The notes under the pieces are model-generated. The model was not told the origin of the DNA and searched no databases. It was given only the letters and a program-made list of their open reading frames with translations. A DNA stretch of 64,000 nucleotides from Flavobacteriales bacterium (lineage in GTDB: Bacteria; Bacteroidota; Bacteroidia; Flavobacteriales_F; PHOS-HE28): contig JASGIM010000002.1 in NCBI GenBank assembly GCA_047601855.1, positions 846,389-910,388 on the forward strand, given 5' to 3'. Shown here piece by piece: positions 57,707 through 64,000 of the stretch; the stretch's first letter is position 1; each line of letters begins with the position of its first letter. The position numbers were made by a program, and so were the translations under genes.

Positions 57707-58628
57707 ATGGCCACCATGCGACACCTTCCCGTGATCCTGCTCGCCGCGCTCCTTGCCGATGGGGTTGCCGCGCAGCAATTGCCGCAGCTGAGCCAATACA
57801 CCAGCCAGGACTACCTGTACGACCCGGCCATCGCTGGCAGCCGTCCGTGGTTCGAACTGCGCAGCGCCCACCGTTACCAATGGGTCGGCATCCAGGACGC
57901 TCCCCGCACCTTCACCCTCAGCGCCACCGCGCCGGTGGGCAACCGGATGGGCCTGGGCGGTTACATCTTCACGGACAACGTGGGGCCCTCACGCCGGACC
58001 GGCGTTCAGTTCAGCTATGCCTACCACTTGCAGTTGACGGACGACATCAAGCTGGGCATGGGCCTGTCTTTCGGCCTGCTCCAGTTCCTGATCGACGGGT
58101 CCAAGATCACGTTCCACGATGGCTACGACCCCACGATGGACAACCAGCTGCGCGGCTCGCTCGTGCCCGATGCCACCTTCGGCATCTACCTCTATCACGA
58201 GAACTGGTGGTTCGGCGCCACCGCGCCGCAGCTGTTGCGCAACAAGACTCTGGTTCTACGACGACCAGGCCGAGACCCTGAGCCGGCTGGCCTCCCATTA
58301 CTATGCGATGGGGGGATACCGGTTCCACCTGGGCGAGGACCTGCGCTTGGAGCCATCGTTCCTGCTGAAGTACGTGGACCCCGTGCCCCCGAAATGGGAC
58401 CTTACGGCCACCCTGCGCTACCGCGACATGGTATGGATCGGCGGCACCTACCGCACGAACGACGCCATCAGCCTGATGGTGGGGTACTGGCTGAAGAAGA
58501 CCTTCCAGTTCGGATACAGCTACGACCTCACCACCACCAGGCTGCGGAACTATACCTCCGGCACCCACGAGGTGATGCTGGCCGTGACCTTGGGCCGTGA
58601 GGCCCAGGGACCTGCCGTTACCCCCTGA
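57707..58628 (+). pseudogene. PorP/SprF family T9SS membrane protein, frame broken at about 58247 (frameshift or assembly indel)
   Basis: ORF 57707..58600 is PorP-like (QQLPQLSQYTSQDYLYDPAIAGS) up to ...ATAPQLLRNK. The +1 frame (ORF 58119..58628) continues LWFYDDQAETLSRLASHYYAMGGYRF...SYDLTTTRLRNYTSGTHEVML. One extra A after AAG at 58244-58246. Confidence 0.7.
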
Positions 58629-58800
58629 GGAGCGGCCCCTTGCCGTGCCCCCGCCTGCCTGGGGCGCATCCGACGCCTGAAGAGCGCCGTTGCGCGACCC
58701 GTACGCCGGATCGGGCGATCGGTGCCCCCATGAACTGGCGTCGCACCCGGCATTCTCGCTATCTTGGCGGGCTTTTATCAACAACGCTATCAACAGCCCC

Positions 58801-61800
58801 GTGGACTTGCGTCAAGCCCCTGGACGGACCCTCCTGACCCTCAAGTTGTCAGCCCTGTTCGCCCTCCTCGGCCCGATCCCATGTGCCGCGCAGGTGTTCA
58901 ACATGACCGATGGCGCGGTGTGGAACAGCTGCACCGGCAACTTCTACGACAGCGGTGGTGCGGCGGGCAACTACGGCAACAACGAAACGATGGCCGCCAC
59001 GCTGTGCCCGGCCGGCGGTTCCGGCTCAGGCCCTGCCACCAGCCTGGTGTTCAACGTGTGGAACGTTTCCCCGGCGGCCCTCGCGGACCAGCTGGTGATC
59101 CACGATGGCGCCACGCTGGCCGGTACCGTGCTCGGCACCGGTAGCGGCCTGGCATCGATCCAAGGCCAGACGTTCACGTCCACCGACCCGACCGGCTGCC
59201 TCACCTTCGAGTGGACCAGCGATGCGTCGGTGGACCAGCCGGGTTGGGCGGCCAGCATCCTCACCGGCCCGGATGCCGGTACGAACGGCGCTGTGACCCT
59301 TTGCCGCACCAGGGCCTCCGTGGACCTTGCCACGTACCTCGGCGGTACGCCGGATGCGGGCGGCACGTGGACGGCCCCCGGTGGCTCCAGCCACGGCAGC
59401 ACCTTCAACCCCGCCAGCGACGTGGCCGGCGTTTATACCTATACCGTTGCCGGAACGGGTTCCTGTCCGAGCGCATCGGCCACCGTCACCGTTACGGTGA
59501 ACGATCCCCCGAGCGCAGGGACGAACGGTACCCTGTCCGTATGCAGCAACGGGACCGCGGAGAACCTCTTCACGCGCTTGGGCGGCGTGCCGGATGTGAA
59601 CGGGGCCTGGACCTTCGCCGGTTCGCCGGTGAGCAACCTCTTCACGCCGGGCACGTCCACGCCGGGCACCTACACCTATACGGTGAACGGCACCCCGCCA
59701 TGCACCAATGCTTCCGCCACGGTGACGGTGACGCAGGTGGCCGCCCCGGACGCCGGGACCTCCCGCAGCATCACGGTCTGTAGCAACGAGGCCTCGTTCA
59801 GCATGCACAGCCGGTTGGGCGGTACGCCTCAGGCCGGTGGCACATGGACGGGGGGACGGTCGGATACCTTCGACCCGGCCACCGGGACCGGCGGCACCTA
59901 TACCTACACGGTACCGGGCACGGCGCCTTGCGCCGACGCCACGGCCTCGCTCACCATCACCGTGCGCACGGCCCCGAACGCGGGGACCAATGGAGCGCTC
60001 ACGGTCTGTAGCACCGATGCCGACCTGGACCTGGCCGCGTCCCTCGGTGGCACGCCGGATGTGGGCGGCACGTGGACGGCACCGGGTGGCGCGGCCCATT
60101 CCAGCCAGTTCCAGCCCGGGGTCGACCCCAACGGCATCTATACCTACACGGTTGCCGGCCAGGCGCCCTGCGCGGCGGCCACCACCACGGTGACGATGAC
60201 GGTACGCACCGCGCCGAACGCCGGTACGAGCTCCGCCGTGGTGAAGTGCTCCAATGCGCCCAGCTTCTCGCTCTTCTCTCTCCTTGGCGGTACGCCGCAG
60301 GGCGGCGGCCAGTGGAAGGACCCTTCCATGGTGGACCACTCGGCCACCTTCGTGCCGGGCACGGATGCCCCGGGTCTGTACACCTATATCGTCCCAGGCA
60401 CGGCGCCCTGCGCCAACGCCCAGTCCACGGTGAACGTGACCATCGTGCCAGCGCCGAACGCCGGTACGAACGGCACCAACACGGTCTGCAGCACTGCGCC
60501 TGCCTTCAGCCTCTTCTCCCGCCTGGGCGGTACGCCCAATACCGGTGGTACATGGACCGCTCCGGGTGGGGCGGTGCTCCCGAGCGGCACGTTCACGCCG
60601 GGCACATCCACGCCGGGTGTCTACACGTATACGGTGACGGGTACGGCGCCCTGCGCCAACGCCCAGTCCACCGTCACGGTCATCGTGGTCCAGGCGGCGG
60701 ATGCGGGCACGAACGGTTCGGTGACCCTGTGCAGCAACAGCCCTTCGGAAGCCCTCTTCGGGCACTTGGGCGGCACACCCGACCCAAGCGGCACCTGGAC
60801 CAAGCCGAACGGCTCCTCCTTCAACGGCACCTACAACCCGGCCGATCCCACCCATCCGGCCGGCAACTACACCTACACGGTGGTGGGCACGAGCCCTTGT
60901 CCCAATGCTTCCGCCGTGGTGCAGGTGATCGAGAACAAGGCCCCCAACGCTGGCAACAACACCAGCTCGGCCACGTGCAGCACCAATGCGCCGTTCCAGC
61001 TGTTCGGCCTCATCACCGGGAGCCCGGACGCGGGCGGCACCTGGCGTAACGCGGGCGGGCAGACGGTGAGCGGCACCTTCACGCCCGGCACCAGCCCGGC
61101 CGGGGCCTATCGCTACATCGTTCCCGGCCTTACGCCTTGCGCCAACGACACCGCCACGGTGACGATAAGCGTGAACACCGCGCCGAACGCCGGTACCAAC
61201 GGCAGCACCAGCATCTGCAGCGACGCGTCCTCCTTCAGCCTGTTCGGTCTGCTCGGCGGGACCCCGGATACCGGCGGTTCGTGGCGCGATCCGGACAACC
61301 AGTCCGTCAACGGCACGTACGTCCCCGGCACCAGCCGCGGAGGGGCCTACCTCTATACGGTGATCGGCACCCCGCCTTGTGCGAACGACATCAGCGTGGT
61401 GACAGTGAACGAGGTGCGCAAGCCGGTCGCGGGCACGAACGGCACCTTGCAGGTGTGCAGCACCGATGGCCCGGTGGACCTGTTCACGCGGCTCGGTGGC
61501 ACGCCGGATGTCGGCGGCACGTGGACCGCACCGGGCGGCGGCACGAGCAGTGGGGTGTTCATTCCGGGCGCGAACCCGGCGGGGATCTACACCTATACCG
61601 TTCCCGGCACGTCGCCCTGCCCGAACGCCACGGCCACGGTGACCGTGACGGTGAACCAGGCGCCGAACGCCGGTACCGACGGCCACCTGACGGTATGCGG
61701 CGATCAGACCTCGGTGGACCTGATGACCGGCCTGGGCGGTACGCCGGATGCCAATGGCACTTGGACGGACAATGGCAACACCGGCCACATGAGCGGCCAG

Positions 61801-64000
61801 TTCTTCAGTCCGTTGGGCATGCCGCCGGGACAGTATGGCTTCACCTATACCGTGGCGGGCAACGGCCAGTGCGGCGATGCCGACGCTACTGTTACCGTGA
61901 CGATCGTTTCGCAGCTCGAGGCCGGTTCGGACGGGTCGATCTCCGTATGCCGCTCCAACACCCAGGTGGACCTCTTCACCGGCCTGGGCGGCTCGCCGCA
62001 GCAAGGCGGTGTATGGGTGGACCTGGACCACACGGGTGCGGTGGGCGGGCACACGTTCAATGCCAGTGCCGTGGCACCGGGCACCTATCATTTCCGGTAT
62101 GAGCTCACCGGCACACTGTCCTGCGCGAGCGACCAGGCCCAGGCCACGGTGACGGTGGTGCGCGCGCCGAACGCAGGCGTGGACGGCCCGGCCGTGTTCT
62201 GTAGCGATGGCCCGGCCACCGCGCTGATCGGGTACCTCGGGGGCAACCCGGATGCCGGTGGCATCTGGCTTCGTCCGAACAACGTGTCGTTCTCGGGTAC
62301 CTACAACCCCGTGCTGGACTCGCCCGGTGTGTACAAGTACCGGGTGACCGGAACGCCACCGTGCCCGGCCGATACCGGCTTCGTGACGGTGGCCGAGGTC
62401 ACGGCGCCCAATGCGGGCCAGCCGGCGGCCATCACCATCTGCGCGAACGACGCTCCCTTCAACATGACCGCGCGGCTGGGGGGCTCACCCTCGTCCACGG
62501 GCACGTGGACGAGCCCCAACGGGCAGAACCACGGCGCCGTCTTCACGCCCGGCCTGGATGCGGGCGGGGTGTACATCTACACGGTCACGGGCACGTTCCC
62601 CTGCACCAATGCGATCGCCACGCTGACGATCACCGTGAACACGCCGCCCTTCGCGGGCAACGACGTGAGCATGACGGTATGCAGCAATGCTGCGCCCTTC
62701 CTGCTCTTCGGAGTGCTCACCGGCGGTCCGCAGAACGGTGGCAGCTGGCGGGATCCGCTGATGATCCCGTTCCCTAGCGGCATCTACGTGCCGGGCACCA
62801 GCCGTACGGGCACCTATACCTACCGGGTGAGCGGGCAGTCGCCATGCAGTTCGGCCCAGGCCACGGTGACGGTGTTCGAATCGCCCGCGGCCGACGCGGG
62901 CATCAGCGCCAGCATCGTGCTCTGCTCCAATGGCGGAGCCGTGAACCTCTTCGATGCCCTCAATGGCCATCCGGCCCCCACGGGCACCTGGCGGAGCCCC
63001 GGTGGCGGCAACTTCAGTGGGATCTTCGTGCCGGGCACGAACACGCCGGGCAACTACAAGTACATCGTTCCCGGGGTCGCTCCCTGCGTGAACGATACCG
63101 CCACGGTGACGGTGGTGGTGAACGCTCCGCCGGATGCCGGTACGAGCCGTAACGTAATCAAGTGCTCCAGCGATCCGGCGTTCGCGTTGGTGAGCATGTT
63201 GGGCGGATCCCCGGCCCTGAACGGAACGTGGCGTGATCCCGACGGCCATCCCCACAACGGGATCTTCACCCCCGGCATGAGCCAGCCCGGCGCTTACACC
63301 TACACCGTCGCGGGCACGTCCCCCTGCGCACCGGCCACGTCCACGGTGACCGTGACGGTGAACCCGGCCCCGAACGCGGGCACCAACGGAAGGATCACCC
63401 TGTGCTCCACCAGCGGCGCGGTGAACCTGTTCAATTCGTTGGGCGGCACGCCGCAACCCGGTGGCACCTGGACAGGGCCCGGGAACGTACCCAGCAATGG
63501 CACCTTCCTGCCTTCCGTGAACACACCGGGCGGGTATACCTATACGGTCACGGGCCTGTCTCCATGCACCAATGCGTCGGCCACGGTCACCGTGGTGGTG
63601 AACCAGGCGCCCCATGCGGGCAGCAACGGCCTGCGCACGGTGTGCAACAACGAATTCCCCTTCCCGCTGCTGAACGTGTTGAGCGGGAACCCGGGCCTTA
63701 ACGGCCAGTGGACAGGGCCCGAGGGCCAGATGTCCGGGATCTACGTACCGGGCGTGAGCCCCCCTGGGACCTATACCTACACGGTGATCGGCCAGACCCC
63801 TTGCGCGAGCAGCAGCGCCCAGGCCACCATCATCGAGAACGTGGCACCGAACGCCGGTGGCGATGGCGTGGTGAGCGTGTGCAGCAACCAGCCGTCGTTC
63901 CCGCTCCTCGATCGCTTGCAGGGTAGCCCGAATGCCACGGGTTCCTGGCTCACGCCAGCCGGTCAGCCGTTCAGTGGCACGTTCATTCCGAGCTCCTCGC
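58801..64000 (+). CDS. Giant secreted repeat protein: CUB-like head plus at least 20 tandem 80-aa modules; 3' end beyond the window
   Basis: Own translation in the frame of position 58801; the frame is open from 58681 to 64000, so it is not in the ORF track. Putative GTG start gives MDLRQAPGRTLLTLKLSALFALLGPIPCAAQ. The head is VFNMTDGAVWNSCTGNFYDSGGAAGNYGNNE...DQLVIHDGATLAG...LTFEWTSDASVDQPGWAASI. The repeats are AGTNG-x3-VCS-x6-LF-x2-LGGTPD-x-GG-x-W...G-x-YTYTV-x-G-x2-PC-x5-A-x-VTVTV. Start codon uncertain (TTG 58807 also possible). Confidence 0.75.
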   Translation, partial: MDLRQAPGRTLLTLKLSALFALLGPIPCAAQVFNMTDGAVWNSCTGNFYDSGGAAGNYGNNETMAATLCPAGGSGSGPATSLVFNVWNVSPAALADQLVIHDGATLAGTVLGTGSGLASIQGQTFTSTDPTGCLTFEWTSDASVDQPGWAASILTGPDAGTNGAVTLCRTRASVDLATYLGGTPDAGGTWTAPGGSSHGSTFNPASDVAGVYTYTVAGTGSCPSASATVTVTVNDPPSAGTNGTLSVCSNGTAENLFTRLGGVPDVNGAWTFAGSPVSNLFTPGTSTPGTYTYTVNGTPPCTNASATVTVTQVAAPDAGTSRSITVCSNEASFSMHSRLGGTPQAGGTWTGGRSDTFDPATGTGGTYTYTVPGTAPCADATASLTITVRTAPNAGTNGALTVCSTDADLDLAASLGGTPDVGGTWTAPGGAAHSSQFQPGVDPNGIYTYTVAGQAPCAAATTTVTMTVRTAPNAGTSSAVVKCSNAPSFSLFSLLGGTPQGGGQWKDPSMVDHSATFVPGTDAPGLYTYIVPGTAPCANAQSTVNVTIVPAPNAGTNGTNTVCSTAPAFSLFSRLGGTPNTGGTWTAPGGAVLPSGTFTPGTSTPGVYTYTVTGTAPCANAQSTVTVIVVQAADAGTNGSVTLCSNSPSEALFGHLGGTPDPSGTWTKPNGSSFNGTYNPADPTHPAGNYTYTVVGTSPCPNASAVVQVIENKAPNAGNNTSSATCSTNAPFQLFGLITGSPDAGGTWRNAGGQTVSGTFTPGTSPAGAYRYIVPGLTPCANDTATVTISVNTAPNAGTNGSTSICSDASSFSLFGLLGGTPDTGGSWRDPDNQSVNGTYVPGTSRGGAYLYTVIGTPPCANDISVVTVNEVRKPVAGTNGTLQVCSTDGPVDLFTRLGGTPDVGGTWTAPGGGTSSGVFIPGANPAGIYTYTVPGTSPCPNATATVTVTVNQAPNAGTDGHLTVCGDQTSVDLMTGLGGTPDANGTWTDNGNTGHMSGQFFSPLGMPPGQYGFTYTVAGNGQCGDADATVTVTIVSQLEAGSDGSISVCRSNTQVDLFTGLGGSPQQGGVWVDLDHTGAVGGHTFNASAVAPGTYHFRYELTGTLSCASDQAQATVTVVRAPNAGVDGPAVFCSDGPATALIGYLGGNPDAGGIWLRPNNVSFSGTYNPVLDSPGVYKYRVTGTPPCPADTGFVTVAEVTAPNAGQPAAITICANDAPFNMTARLGGSPSSTGTWTSPNGQNHGAVFTPGLDAGGVYIYTVTGTFPCTNAIATLTITVNTPPFAGNDVSMTVCSNAAPFLLFGVLTGGPQNGGSWRDPLMIPFPSGIYVPGTSRTGTYTYRVSGQSPCSSAQATVTVFESPAADAGISASIVLCSNGGAVNLFDALNGHPAPTGTWRSPGGGNFSGIFVPGTNTPGNYKYIVPGVAPCVNDTATVTVVVNAPPDAGTSRNVIKCSSDPAFALVSMLGGSPALNGTWRDPDGHPHNGIFTPGMSQPGAYTYTVAGTSPCAPATSTVTVTVNPAPNAGTNGRITLCSTSGAVNLFNSLGGTPQPGGTWTGPGNVPSNGTFLPSVNTPGGYTYTVTGLSPCTNASATVTVVVNQAPHAGSNGLRTVCNNEFPFPLLNVLSGNPGLNGQWTGPEGQMSGIYVPGVSPPGTYTYTVIGQTPCASSSAQATIIENVAPNAGGDGVVSVCSNQPSFPLLDRLQGSPNATGSWLTPAGQPFSGTFIPSSS
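59270..64000 (+). repeat. At least 20 tandem coding modules of about 240 bp (80 aa), continuing past the window
   Basis: The module-start motif (A/D)AGTNG...C(S/R) recurs at about 59271, 59511, 59751, 59976, 60216, 60456, 60700, 60948, 61185, 61425, 61665, 61920, 62170, 62410, 62650, 62890, 63130, 63370, 63610 and 63850. Confidence 0.8.

Noticed and set aside
59026-62091. 1021-aa minus-strand ORF, the longest ORF listed for the last 5 kb.
   Set aside because: Its translation is Arg/Gly/Ala/His-rich low-complexity text without motifs. The plus strand in the frame of 58801 gives a highly regular, motif-rich repeat protein. This is a typical antisense shadow ORF of GC-rich coding DNA.

Overview
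GC-rich chromosomal segment with clear Bacteroidota hallmarks: T9SS type A and type B C-terminal sorting domains, PorP/SprF genes, fused ccoN-ccoO, and a Sec-type clade II nosZ in the order cyt c-nosZ-nosB-nosL-nosD-nosF-nosY. I saw no rRNA, tRNA, CRISPR array, transposase or integrase. Positions 1-26233 form one uninterrupted minus-strand gene array. It holds a partial TauE-like gene, fixH, ccoG, ccoP, a ccoQ-like gene, ccoNO and ccoS. These are followed by a membrane protein, OsmC, queD, then tryptophanase / an unknown 603-aa NMO-like protein / tyrosine phenol-lyase. Next come nadB, a divergent NorB-like heme-copper-oxidase domain fused in frame to nadA, a NorC-like cytochrome c, fasciclin, a CopD-like gene and the nos cluster. 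The 26-40 kb stretch holds an NnrS-like membrane protein, DinB, class II RNR nrdJ, gdh, a CcoI-type Cu-ATPase, Usp, an operon of CDO-like cupin + FixL-like PAS kinase + REC-Crp/Fnr hybrid regulator, and TauE. The 40-64 kb stretch holds a T9SS cargo gene, a TonB receptor/PepSY/two-component set, then three T9SS cargo genes alternating with PorP/SprF genes. Two of these cargo genes are giant tandem-repeat adhesins. The last one (58801 to window end) is absent from the ORF track because it has no stop in the window. Main leads: (1) a 14-bp FNR/FixK-like palindrome (A/C)TGAC-N4-GTCAG lies at near-fixed distance upstream of low-oxygen operons, plausibly served by the collapsed FixL/FixJ-FixK-like system encoded here. 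(2) A NorB-like::NadA fusion sits between a norC-like gene and nadB. (3) Two beta-eliminating lyases bracket an uncharacterised flavoenzyme-like protein. (4) A family of GAATGG/CCATTC palindromic spacers lies between nos genes. (5) At least six single-nucleotide frame breaks occur in conserved genes. This suggests indel errors in the assembly and tempers every frame-dependent claim.
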